Shown piece by piece: positions 12,601 through 25,920 of a DNA stretch of 64,000 nucleotides. The notes below the pieces were generated by a model. It was not told the origin of the DNA and did no database searches. It saw only the letters and a list, made by a program, of their open reading frames with translations. Source of the DNA: Eledone cirrhosa (taxonomy: Eukaryota); assembly GCA_964016885.1 (NCBI GenBank), contig OZ024744.1, positions 40,300,001 through 40,364,000 on the forward strand. Reading direction: 5' to 3'. Position 1 is the first letter of the stretch; each line of letters begins with the position of its first letter. The position numbers and the translations under genes were made by a program.

Positions 12601-14669
12601 CCGTCAACCCAGCTTTATTTACAAAGCCTAGCTTGACCCAAGGTAATGGTAGTTTCCATCAACCCAGCTTTATTTACAAAGCCTAGCTTAATTCAAGGTA
12701 ATGGTAGTTTCCATCAACCCAGCTTTATTTACAAAGTCTATCTTGACTCAAGGTAATGGTAGTTTCCATCAACCTAGCTTTATTTACAAATCCTAGCTTG
12801 ACTCAAGGTAATGGTAGTTTCCATCAGCCCAGCTTTATTTACAAAGTCTAGCTTGTCTCAAAGTAATGGTAGTTTCCATCAACCCAGCTTTATTTACAAA
12901 GCCTAGCTTGACTCAAGGTAATGGTAGTTTCCATCAGCCCAGCTTTATTTACAAAGTCTATCTTGTCTCAAGGTAATGGTAGTTTCCATCAACCCAGCTT
13001 TATTTACAATGCCTAGCTTGACCCAAGGTAATAGTAGTTTCCATCAATCCAGCTTTATTTACAAAACCTAGCTTGACCCAAGGTAATGGTAGTTTCCATC
13101 AACTGAGCTTTATTTAAAAAGCCTAGCGTGACTCAAGGTAATGATAGTTTCCATCAACCCAGCTTTATTTACAAAGCCTAGCTTGACCCAAGATAATGGC
13201 AGTTTCCATCAACCCAGCTTTATTTGCAAAGCCCTGCTTGACGCAGGGAAATGGTAGTTTCCATCAACCCAGCTTTATTTACAAAGCCTAGCTTGACTCA
13301 AGGTAATGGTAGTTTCCATCAACCCAGCTTTATTTACAAAGTCTAGCTTGTCTCAAGGTAGTGGTAGTTTCCATCAACCCAGCTTTATTTACAAAGCCTA
13401 GCTTGACTCAAGGTAATGGTAGTTTCCATCAGCCCAGCTTTATTTACAAAGTCTAGCTTGTCTCAAGGTAATGGTAGTTTCCATCAACCCAGCTTTATTT
13501 ACAATGCCTAGCTTGACCCAAGGTAATAGTAATTTCCATCAACCAAGTTTTATTTACAAAGCCTAGCTTGACTCAAGGTAAGGGTAGTTTCCATCAACCC
13601 AGCTTTATTTACAAAGCCTAGCTTGACTCAAGGTAATGGTAGTTTCCATCAACCCAGCTTTATTTACAATGCCTAGCTTGAATCAACGAAATGGTAGTTT
13701 CCATCAACCCAGCTTTATTTACAAAGTCTAGCTTGACTCAAGAAAATGGTAGTTTCCATCAACCCAGCTTTATTTACAAAGCCTAGCTTCACTGAATGTA
13801 ATCGTAGTTTCCATCAACCCAGCATTATTTACAAAGCCTAGCTTGACTCAAGGTAAAGGTAGTTTCCATCAACCCAGCTTTATTTACACAGCCTAGCTTG
13901 ACTCAAGGTAATGGAAGTTTCCATCAACCCAGTATTATTTACAAAGCCTAGCTTGACTCAAGGTAATGGTAGTTTCCATCAACCCAGCTTTATTTACAAA
14001 GCCTAGCTTGACTCAAGGTAATGGTAGTTTCCATCAACCCAGCTTTATTTACAAAGCCTAGATTGACCAAAGGTAATGGTAGTTTCCATCAACCCAGCTT
14101 TATTTACAAAGCCTAGCTTGACTCAAGGTAATGGTAGTTTCCATCAACCCAGCTTTATTTACAAAGCCTAGCTTGACTCAAGTTAATGGTAGTTTCTATC
14201 AACCCAGCTTTATTTACAAAGCCTAGCTTGACCCAAGGTAATGGTAGTTTGCATCAACCCAGCTTTATTTACAAAGCCTAGCTTGACCCAAAGTAATGGT
14301 AGTTTCCATCAACCCAGCTTTATTTACAAAGCCTAGCTTGACTCAAGGTAATGGTAGTTTCCATCAACCCAGCTTTATTTACAAAGCCTAGCTTGTCTCA
14401 AGGTAATGGTAGTTTCCATCAACCCAGCTTTATTTACAAAGCCTAGCTTGACTCAAGGTAATGGTAGTTTCCATCAACCAAGTTTTATTTACAATGTCTA
14501 GCTTGACTCAAGGTAATGGTAGTTTCCATCAACCCAGCTTTATTTAAAAAGCCTAGCTTGACCCAAAGTAATGGTAGTTTCCATCAACCCAGCTTTATTT
14601 GCAAAGCCTAGCTTGACCCAAGGTAATGGTAGTTTCTATCAACCCAGCTTTATTTACAAAGCCTAGCTT
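9683..14669. repeat. 91-monomer block, copy 3
   Basis: Same ordered variants as 1543-6530 at +8140 (148 monomers), e.g. ACGCAGGGAA 5101/13241 and AATCAACGAA 5541/13681. The match ends at about 14670. Confidence 0.9.
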
Positions 14670-17600
14670 AATTCAAGGTAATGGTAGTTTCCATCAACCC
14701 AGCTTTATTTACAAAGCGCAGCTTGACTCAAGATAATGGTAGATTCCATCAACCCAGCTTTATTTATAAAAGCCTAGCTTGACTCAAGGTAATGGTAGTT
14801 TCCATCAACCCAGCTTTATTTACAAAGCCTAGCTTGACTCAAGGTAATGGTAGTTTCCATCAACCCAGCTTTATTTACAAAGCCTAGCTTGACTCAAGGT
14901 AATGGTAGTTTCCATCAACCCAGCTTTATTTACAAAGCCTAGCTTGACCCAAGGTAATGGTAGTTTCCATCAACCCAGCTTTATTTACAAAGCCTAGCTT
15001 GACCCAAGGTAATGGTAGTTTCCATCAACCCAGCTTTATTTACAAAGCCTAGCTTGACCCAAGGTAATGGTAGTTTCCATCAACCCAGCTTTATTTACAA
15101 AGCTTAGCTTGACTCAAGGTAATGGTAGTTTCCATCAGCCTAGCTTTATTTACAAAGTCTAGCTTGTCTCAAGGTAATGGTAGTTTCCATCAACCCAGCT
15201 TCATTTACAAAGCCTAGCTTGACTCAAGGTAATGGTAGTTTCCATCAACCCAGCTTTATTTACAAAGCCTAGCTTGACCCAAGGTAATGGTAGTTTCCAT
15301 CAATCCAGCTTTATTTACAAAGCCTAGCTTGACCCAAGGTAATGGTAGTTTCCATCAACTGAGCTTTATTTAAAAAGACTAGCGTGACTCAAGGTAATGA
15401 TAGTTTCCATCAACAGAGCTTTATTTACAAAGCCTAGCGTGACCCAAGATAATGGTAGTTTCCATCAACCCAGCTTTATTTGCAAAGCCCTGCTTGACTC
15501 AAGGTAATGGTAGTTTCCATCAACCCAGCTTTATTTACAAATCCTAGCTTGACTCAAGGTAATGGTAGTTTCCATCAACCCAGCTTTATTTACAAAGCCT
15601 AGCTTGTCTCAAGGTAATGGTAGTTTCCATCAACCCAGCTTTATTTACAAAGCCTAGGTTGACTCAAGGTAATGGTAGTTTCCATCAACCCAGCTTTATT
15701 TACAATGCCTAGCTTGACCCAAGGTAATAGTAATTTCCATCAACCAAGTTTTATTTACAAAGCCTAGCTTGACTCAAGGTAAGGGTAGGTTCCATCAACC
15801 CAGCTTTATTTACAAAGCCTAGCTTGACTCAAAGTAATGGTAGTTTCCATCAACCCAGCTTTATTTACAATGCCTAGCTTGAATCAAAGTAATGGTAGTT
15901 TCCATCAACCCAGCTTTATTTACAAAGCCTAGCTTCACCGAAGGTAATGGTAGTTTCCATCAACCCAGCATTATTTACAAAGCCTAGCTTGACTCAAGCT
16001 AATCGTAGTTTCCATCAACCCACCTTTATTTACAAAGCCTAGCTTGACTCAAGGTAATGGTAGTTTCCATCAACCCAGCTTTATTTACAAAGCCTAGCTT
16101 GACCCAAGGTAATGGTAGTTTCCATCGACCCAGCTTTATTTACAAAGCCTAGCTTGACCCCAGGTAATGGTAGTTTCCATCAACCCAGCTTTATTTACAA
16201 AGCCTAGCTTGACTCAAGGTAATGGTAGTTTCCATCAATCCACCTTTATTTACAAAGCCTAGCTTGACTCAAGGTAATGGTAGTTTCCATCAACCCAGCT
16301 TTATTTACAAAGCCTAGCTTGACCCAATGTAATGGTAGTTTCCATCGACCCAGCTTTATTTACAAAGCCTAGCTTGACCCCAGGTAATGGTAGTTTCCAT
16401 CAACCCAGCTTTATTTACAAAGCCTAGCTTGACTGAAGGTAATGGTAGTTTCCATCAACCCAGCTTTATTTACAATGTCTAGCTTGACTCAAGGTAATGG
16501 TAGTTTCCATCAACCCAGCTTTATTTACAAAGCCTAGCTTGACCCAAGGTAATGGTAGTTTCCATCAACCCAGCTTTATTTACAAAGCCTAACTTGACCC
16601 AAGGTAATGGTAGTTTCCATCAACCCAGCTTTATTTACAAAGCCTAGCTTGACCCAAGGTAATGGTAGTTTCCATCAACCCAGCTTTATTTACAAAGCCT
16701 AGCTTGACCCAAGGTAATGGTAGTTTCCATCAACCCAGCTTTATTTACAAAGCCTAGCTTGACTCAAGGTAATGGTAGTTTCCATCAACCCAGCTTCATT
16801 TACAAAGCCTAGCTTGACTCAAGGTAATGGTAGTTTCCATCAACCCAGCTTTATTTACAAAGCCTTGCTTGACCCAAGGTAATGGTAGTTTCCATCAACC
16901 CAGCTTTATTTACAAAGCCTAACTTGACACAAGGTAATGGTAGTTTCCATCAACCCAGCTTTATTTACAAAGTCTATCTTGACTCAATGTAATGGTAGTT
17001 TCCATCAACCTAGCTTTATTTACAAAGCCTAGCTTGACTCAAGGTAATGGTAGTTTCCATCAGCCCAGCTTTATTTACAAAGTCTAGCTTGTCTCAAGGT
17101 AATGGTAGTTTCCATCAACCCAGCTTTATTTACAATGCCTAGCTTGACTCAAGATAATGGTAGTTTCCATCAACCCAGATTTATTTACAAAGCCTAGCTT
17201 GACTCAAGGTAATGGTAGTTTCCATCAACCCAGCTTTATTTACAAAGCCTAGCTTGACTCAAGGTAATGGTAGTTTCCATCAACCCAGCTTTATTTACAA
17301 AGCCTAGCTTGACTCAAGGTAATGGAAGTTTCCATCAACCCAGCTTTATTTACAAAGCCTAGCTTGACTCAAGGTAATGGTAGTTTCCATCAACCCAGCT
17401 TTATTTACAAAGCCTAGCTTGACTCAAGATAATGGTAGTTTCCATCAACCCAGCTTTATTTACAAAGCCTAGCTTGACCAAAGGTAATGGTAGTTTCCAT
17501 CAACCCAGCTTTATTGACAAAGCCTAGCTTGACTCATGTTAATGGTAGTTTCCATCAACCCAGCTTTATTTACAAAGCCTAGCTTGATCCAAGGTAATGG

Positions 17601-17799
17601 TAGTTTGCATCAACCCAGCTTTATTTATAAAGCCTAGCTTGACCCAAGGTAATGGTAGTTTCCATCAACCCAGCTTTATTTACAAAGCCTAGCTTGACTC
17701 AAGATAATGGTAGTTTCCATCAACCGAGCTTTATTTACAAAGCCTAGCTTGACTCAAGGTAATGGTAGTTTCCATCAACCCATCTTTATTTACAAAGCC

Positions 17800-20700
17800 T
17801 AGCTTGACTCAAGGTAATGGTAGTTTCCATCAACCAAGTTTTATTTACAATGTCTAGCTTGACTCAAGGTAATGGTAGTTTCCATCAACCCAGCTTTATT
17901 TACAAAGCCTAGCTTGACCCAAAGTAATGGTAGTTTCCGTCAACCCAGCTTTATTTACAAAGCCTAGCTTGACCCAAGGTAATGGTAGTTTCCATCAACC
18001 CAGCTTTATTTACAAAGCCTAGCTTAATTCAAGGTAATGGTAGTTTCCATCAACCCAGCTTTATTTACAAAGCTTAGCTTGACTCACGTAATGGTAGTTT
18101 CCATCAACCCAGCTTTATTTAAAAAAGCCTAGCTTGACTCAAGGTAATGCTAGTTTCCATCAACCCAGCTTTATTTACAAAGCCTAGCTTGACTCAAGGT
18201 AATGGTAGTTTCCATCAACCCAGCTTTATTTACAAAGCCTAGCTTGACTCAATGTAATGGTAGTTTCCATCAACCCAGCTTTATTTACAAAGCCTAGCTT
18301 GTCTCAAGGTAATGGTAGTTTCCATCAACCCAGCTTTATTTACAAAGTCTAGCTTGACTCAAGGTAATGGTAGTTTCCATCAACCAAGTTTTATTTACAA
18401 TGTCTAGCTTGACTCAAGGTAATGGTAGTTTCCATCAACCCAGCTTTATTTACAAAGCCTAGCTTAATTCAAGGTAATGGTAGTTTCCATCAACCCAGCT
18501 TTATTTACAATGCCTAGCTTGAGTCAAGATAATGGTAGTTTCCATCAACCCAGCTTTATTTACAATGTCTAGCTTGACTCAAGGTAATGGTTGTTTCCAT
18601 CAACCCATCTTTATTTACAAAGCCTAGCTTGACTGAAGGTAATGGTAGTTTCCATCAACCCAGCTTTATTTACAAAGCCTAGCTTGACCCAAAGGAATGG
18701 TAGTTTCCATCAACCCAGCTTTATTTACAAAGCCTAGCTTGACCCAATGTAATGGTAGTTTCCATCAACCCAGCTTTATTTACAAAGCCTAGCTTGACTC
18801 AAGGTAATGGTAGTTTCCATCAACCAAGTTTTATTTACAATGTCTAGCTTGACTCAAGGTAATGATAGTTTCCATCAACCCAGCTTTATTTACAAAGCCT
18901 AGCTTGACTCAAGGTAATGGTAGTTTCCATCAACCCAGCTTTATTTACAAAGCCTAGCTTGACCCAAAGGAATGGTAGTTTCCATCAACCCAGCTTTATT
19001 TACAAAGCCTAGCTTGACCCAAGGTAATGGTAGTTTCCATCGACCCAGCTTTATTTACAAAGCCTAGCTTAATTCAAGGTAATGGTAGTTTCCATCAACC
19101 CAGCTTTATTTACAATGCCTAGCTTGACTCAAGATAATGGTAGTTTCCATCAACCCAGATTTATTTACAAAGCCTAGCTTGACTCAAGGTAATGGTAGTT
19201 TCTAACATCCCAGCTTTATTTACAAAGCCTAGCTTGACTCAAGGTAATGGTAGTTTCCATCAACCCAGCTTTATTTACAAAGCCTAGCTTTACTCAAGGT
19301 AATGGTAGTTTCCATCAACCCAGCTTTATTTACAAAGCCTAGCTTGACTCAAGGTAATGGTAGTTTCCATCAACCCAGCTTTATTTACAAAGCCTAGCTT
19401 GACTCAAGGTAATGGTAGTTTCCATCAACCCAGCTTTATTTACAAAGCCTAGCTTGACCAAAGGTAATGGTAGTTTCCATCAACCCAGCTTTATTGACAA
19501 AGCCTAGCTTGACTCAAGGTAATGGTAGTTTCCATCAACCCAGCTTTATTTACAAAGCCTAGCTTGACTCAAGTTAATGGTAGTTTCCATCAACCCAGCT
19601 TTATTTACAAAGCCTAGCTTGATCCAAGATAATGGTAGTTTGCATCAACCCAGCTTTATTTACAAAGCCTAGCTTGACCCAAGGTAATGGTAGTTTCCAT
19701 CAACCCAGCTTTATTTACAAAGCCTAGCTTGACTCAAGATAATGGTAGTTTCCATCAACCGAGCTTTATTTACAAAGCCTAGCTTGACTCAACGTAATGG
19801 TAGTTTCCATCAACCCATCTTTATTTACAAAGCCTAGCTTGACTCAAGGTAATGGTAGTTTCCATCAACCCAGCTTTATTTACAAAGCCTAGCTTGTCTC
19901 AAGGTAATGGTAGTTTCCATCAACCAGCTTTATTTACAAAGCCTAGCTTGACTCAAGATAATGGTAGTTTCCATCAACCATGTTTTATTTACAATGTCTA
20001 GCTTGACTCAAGGTAATGGTAGTTTCCATCAACCCAGCTTTATTTACAAAGCCTAGCTTGACCCAAAGTAATGGTAGTTTCCGTCAACCCAGCTTTATTT
20101 ACAAAGCCTAGCTTGACCCAAGGTAATGGTAGTTTCCATCAACCCAGCTTTATTTACAAAGCCTAGCTTAATTCAAGGTAATGGTAGTTTCCATCAACCC
20201 AGCTTTATTTACAAAGCCTAGCTTGACTCAAGTAATGGTAGTTTCCATCAACCCAGCTTTATTTAAAAAAGCCTAGCTTGACTCAAGGTAATGGTAGTTT
20301 CCATCAACCCAGCTTTATTTACAAAGCCTAGCTTGACTCAAGGTAATGGTAGTTTCCATCAACCCAGCTTTATTTACAAAGCCTAGCTTGTCTCAAGGTA
20401 ATGGTAGTTTCCATCAACCCAGCTTTATTTACAAAGCTTAGCTTGACTCAAGGTAATGGTAGTTTCCATCAGCCCAGCTTTATTTACAAAGTCTAGCTAG
20501 TCTCAAGGTAATGGTAGTTTCCATCAACCCAGCTCTATTTACAAAGCCTAGCTTGACTCAAGGTAATGGTAGTTTCCATCAACCCAGCTTTATTTACAAT
20601 GCCTAGCTTGACCCAAGGTAATGGTAGTTTCCATCAATCCAGCGTTATTTACAAAGCCTAGCTTGACCCAAAGTAATGGTAGTTTCCGTCAACCCAGCTT

Positions 20701-23700
20701 TATTTACAAAGCCTAGCTTGACCCAAGGTAATGGTAGTTTCCATCAACCCAGCTTTATTTACAAAGCCTAGCTTAATTCAAGGTAATGGTAGTTTCCATC
20801 AACCCAGCTTTATTTACAAAGCCTAGCTTGACTCAAGTAATGGTAGTTTCCATCAACCCAGCTTTATTTAAAAAAGCCTAGCTTGACTCAAGGTAATGGT
20901 AGTTTCCATCAACCCAGCTTTATTTACAATGCCTAGCTTGACCCAAGGTAATGGTAGTTTCCATCAATCCAGCGTTATTTACAAAGCCTAGCTTGACTCA
21001 AGGTAATGGTAGTTTCCATCAACCAAGTTTTATTTACAATGTCTAGCTTGACTCAAGGTAATGGTAGTTTCCATCAACCCAGCTTTATTTACAAAGCCTA
21101 GCTTGACCCAAAGTAATGGTAGTTTCCGTCAACCCAGCTTTATTTACAAAGCCTAGCTTGACCCAAGGTAATGGTAGTTTCCATCAACCCAGCTTTATTT
21201 ACAAAGCCTAGCTTAATTCAAGGTAATGGTAGTTTCCATCAACCCAGCTTTATTTACAAAGCTTAGCTTGACTCACGTAATGGTAGTTTCCATCAACCCA
21301 GCTTTATTTAAAAAAGCCTAGCTTGACTCAAGGTAATGCTAGTTTCCATCAACCCAGCTTTATTTACAAAGCCTAGCTTGACTCAAGGTAATGGTAGTTT
21401 CCATCAACCCAGCTTTATTTACAAAGCCTAGCTTGACTCAATGTAATGGTAGTTTCCATCAACCCAGCTTTATTTACAAAGCCTAGCTTGTCTCAAGGTA
21501 ATGGTAGTTTCCATCAACCCAGCTTTATTTACAAAGTCTAGCTTGACTCAAGGTAATGGTAGTTTCCATCAACCAAGTTTTATTTACAATGTCTAGCTTG
21601 ACTCAAGGTAATGGTAGTTTCCATCAACCCAGCTTTATTTACAAAGCCTAGCTTAATTCAAGGTAATGGTAGTTTCCATCAACCCAGCTTTATTTACAAT
21701 GCCTAGCTTGAGTCAAGATAATGGTAGTTTCCATCAACCCAGCTTTATTTACAATGTCTAGCTTGACTCAAGGTAATGGTTGTTTCCATCAACCCATCTT
21801 TATTTACAAAGCCTAGCTTGACTGAAGGTAATGGTAGTTTCCATCAACCCAGCTTTATTTACAAAGCCTAGCTTGACCCAAAGGAATGGTAGTTTCCATC
21901 AACCCAGCTTTATTTACAAAGCCTAGCTTGACCCAATGTAATGGTAGTTTCCATCAACCCAGCTTTATTTACAAAGCCTAGCTTGACTCAAGGTAATGGT
22001 AGTTTCCATCAACCCAGCTTTATTTACAAAGCCTAGCTTGACTCAAGGTAATGGTAGTTTCCATCAACCCAGCTTTATTTACAAAGCCTAGCTTGACTCA
22101 AGGTAATGGTAGTTTCCATCAACCCAGCTTTATTTACAAAGCCTAGCTTGACTCAAGGTAATGGTAGTTTCCATCAACCCAGCTTTATTTACAAAGCCTA
22201 GCTTGACCCAAAGGAATGGTAGTTTCCATCAACCCAGCTTTATTTACAAAGCCTAGCTTGACCCAAGGTAATGGTAGTTTCCATCGACCCAGCTTTATTT
22301 ACAAAGCCTAGCTTAATTCAAGGTAATGGTAGTTTCCATCAACCCAGCTTTATTTACAATGCCTAGCTTGACTCAAGATAATGGTAGTTTCCATCAACCC
22401 AGATTTATTTACAAAGCCTAGCTTGACTCAAGGTAATGGTAGTTTCTAACAACCCAGCTTTATTTACAAAGCCTAGCTTGACTCAAGGTAATGGTAGTTT
22501 CCATCAACCCAGCTTTATTTACAAAGCCTAGCTTGACTCAAGGTAATGGTAGTTTCCATCAACCCAGCTTTATTTACAAAGCCTAGCTTGACTCAAGGTA
22601 ATGGTAGTTTCCATCAACCCAGCTTTATTTACAAAGCCTAGCTTGACTCAAGGTAATGGTAGTTTCCATCAACCCAGCTTTATTTACAAAGCCTAGCTTG
22701 ACCAAAGGTAATGGTAGTTTCCATCAACCCAGCTTTATTGACAAAGCCTAGCTTGACTCAAGGTAATGGTATTTTCCATCAACCCAGCTTTATTTACAAA
22801 GCCTAGCTTGACTCAAGTTAATGGTAGTTTCCATCAACCCAGCTTTATTTACAAAGCCTAGCTTGATCCAAGATAATGGTAGTTTGCATCAACCCAGCTT
22901 TATTTACAAAGCCTAGCTTGACCCAAGGTAATGGTAGTTTCCATCAACCCAGCTTTATTTACAAAGCCTAGCTTGACTCAAGATAATGGTAGTTTCCATC
23001 AACCGAGCTTTATTTACAAAGCCTAGCTTGACTCAAGGTAATGGTAGTTTCCATCAACCCATCTTTATTTACAAAGCCTAGCTTGACTCAAGGTAATGGT
23101 AGTTTCCATCAACCCAGCTTTATTTACAAAGCCTAGCTTGTCTCAAGGTAATGGTAGTTTCCATCAACCAGCTTTATTTACAAAGCCTAGCTTGACTCAA
23201 GATAATGGTAGTTTCCATCAACCATGTTTTATTTACAATGTCTAGCTTGACTCAAGGTAATGGTAGTTTCCATCAACCCAGCTTTATTTACAAAGCCTAG
23301 CTTGACCCAAAGTAATGGTAGTTTCCGTCAACCCAGCTTTATTTACAAAGCCTAGCTTGACCCAAGGTAATGGTAGTTTCCATCAACCCAGCTTTATTTA
23401 CAAAGCCTAGCTTAATTCAAGGTAATGGTAGTTTCCATCAACCCAGCTTTATTTACAAAGCCTAGCTTGACTCAAGTAATGGTAGTTTCCATCAACCCAG
23501 CTTTATTTAAAAAAGCCTAGCTTGACTCAAGGTAATGGTAGTTTCCATCAACCCAGCTTTATTTACAAAGCCTAGCTTGACTCAAGGTAATGGTAGTTTC
23601 CATCAACCCAGCTTTATTTACAAAGCCTAGCTTGTCTCAAGGTAATGGTAGTTTCCATCAACCCAGCTTTATTTACAAAGCTTAGCTTGACTCAAGGTAA

Positions 23701-23914
23701 TGGTAGTTTCCATCAGCCCAGCTTTATTTACAAAGTCTAGCTAGTCTCAAGGTAATGGTAGTTTCCATCAACCCAGCTCTATTTACAAAGCCTAGCTTGA
23801 CTCAAGGTAATGGTAGTTTCCATCAACCCAGCTTTATTTACAATGCCTAGCTTGACCCAAGGTAATGGTAGTTTCCATCAATCCAGCGTTATTTACAAAG
23901 CCTAGCTTGACCCA
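17800..23914. repeat. About 2.9-kb block duplication (about 17800-20670 and about 20990-23914)
   Basis: GACTCACGTA 18081/21270 and GAGTCAAGAT 18521/21710 give offset 3189. TCTAAC 19201/22445 and GTCTAGCTAG 20491/23735 give offset 3244, one extra monomer. Confidence 0.88.
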
Positions 23915-24419
23915 AGGTAATGGTAGTTTCCATCAACTGAGCTTTATGTAAAAAGCCTAGCGTGACTCAAGGTAATGATAGTTTCCATCAACACAGCTTT
24001 ATTTACAAAGCCTAGCTTGACCCAAGATAATGGTAGTTTCCATCAACCCAGCTTTATTTGCAAAGCCCTGCTTGACTCAAGGTAATGGTAGTTTCCATCA
24101 ACCCAGCTTTATTTACAAAGTCTAGCTTGTCTCAAGGTAATGGTAGTTTCCATCAACCCAGCTTTATTTACAAAGCCTAGCTTGACACAAGGTAATGGTA
24201 GTTTCCATCAGCCCAGCTTTATTTACAAAGCCTAACTTGACCCAAGGTAATGGTAGTTTCCATCAACCCAGCTTTATTCACAAAGCCTAGCTTGACCCCA
24301 GGTAATGGTAGTTTCCATCAACCCAGCTTTATTTACAAAGCCTAGCTTCACTGAAGGTAATGGTAGTTTCCATCAACCCAGCTTTATTTACAAAGCCTAG
24401 CTTGACTCAAGGTAATGGT

Positions 24420-25920
24420 AGTTTCCATCAACCCAGCTTTATTTACAAAGCCTAGCTTGACTCAAGGTAATGGTAGTTTCCATCAACCCAGCTTTATTTA
24501 CAAAGCCTAGCTTGATCAAAGGTAATGGTAGTTTCCATCAATCCAGCTTTATTTACAAAGCCTAGCTTGACTCAAGGTAATGGTAGTTTCCATCAACCCA
24601 GCTTTATTTACAAAGCCGAGCTTGACTCAAGTTAATGGTAGTTTCCATCAACCCAGCTTTATTTACAAAGCCTAGCTTGACCCAAGGTAATGGTAGTTTC
24701 CATCAACCCAGCTTTATTTACAAAGCCTAGCTTGACCCAAGATAATGGTAGTTTCCATCAACCCAGCTTTATTTACAAAGCCTAGCTTGACTCAAGATAA
24801 TGGTAGTTTCCATCAACCGAGCTTTATTTACAAAGCCTAGCTTGACTCAAGGAAATGGTAGTTTCCATCAACCCAGCTTTATTTACAAAGCCTAGCTTGA
24901 CTCAAGGTAATGGTAGTTTCCATCAACCCAGCTTTATTTACAAAGCCTAGCTTGTCTCAAGGTAATGGTAGTTTCCATCAACCCAGCTTTATTTACAAAG
25001 TCTAGCTTGACTCAAGGTAATGGTAGTTTCCATCAACCAAGTTTTATTTACAATGTCTAGCTTGACTCAAGGTAATGGTAGTTTCCATCAACCCAGCTTT
25101 ACTTACAAAGCCTTGCTTAATTCAAGGTAATGGTAGTTTCCATCAACCCAGCTTTATTTATAATGCCTAGCTTGACTCAAGATAATGGTAGTTTCCATCA
25201 ACCCAGCTTTATTTACAAAGCCTAGCTTGACTCAAGGTAATGGTAGTTTCCATCAACCCAGCTTTATTTACAAAGCCTAGCTTGATCAAAGGTAATGGTA
25301 GTTTCCATCAATCCAGCTTTATTTACAAAGCCTAGCTTGACTCAAGGTAATGGTAGTTTCCATCAACCCAGCTTTATTTACAAAGCCGAGCTTGACTCAA
25401 GTTAATGGTAGTTTCCATCAACCCAGCTTTATTTACAAAGCCTAGCTTGACCCAAGGTAATGGTAGTTTCCATCAACCCAGCTTTATTTACAAAGCCTAG
25501 CTTGACCCAAGATAATGGTAGTTTCCATCAACCCAGCTTTATTTACAAAGCCTAGCTTGACTCAAGATAATGGTAGTTTCCATCAACCGAGCTTTATTTA
25601 CAAAGCCTAGCTTGACTCAAGGAAATGGTAGTTTCCATCAACCCAGCTTTATTTACAAAGCCTAGCTTGTCTCAAGATAATGGTAGTTTCCATCAACCCA
25701 GCTTTATTTACAAAGTCTAGCTTGACTCAAGGTAATGGTAGTTTCCATCAACCAAGTTTTATTTACAATGTCTAGCTTGACTCAAGGTAATGGTAGTTTC
25801 CATCAACCCAGCTTTATTTACAAAGCCTTGCTTAATTCAAGGTAATGGTAGTTTCCATCAACCCAGCTTTATTTATAATGCCTAGCTTGACTCAAGATAA
25901 TGGTAGTTTCCATCAACCCA
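24420..25920. repeat. Tandem 14-monomer duplication; second copy one monomer shorter
   Basis: CTTGATCAAA 24511/25281 and CAAAGCCGAG 24611/25381 give offset 770. CCTTGCTTAA 25111/25826 gives offset 715. Confidence 0.85.
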
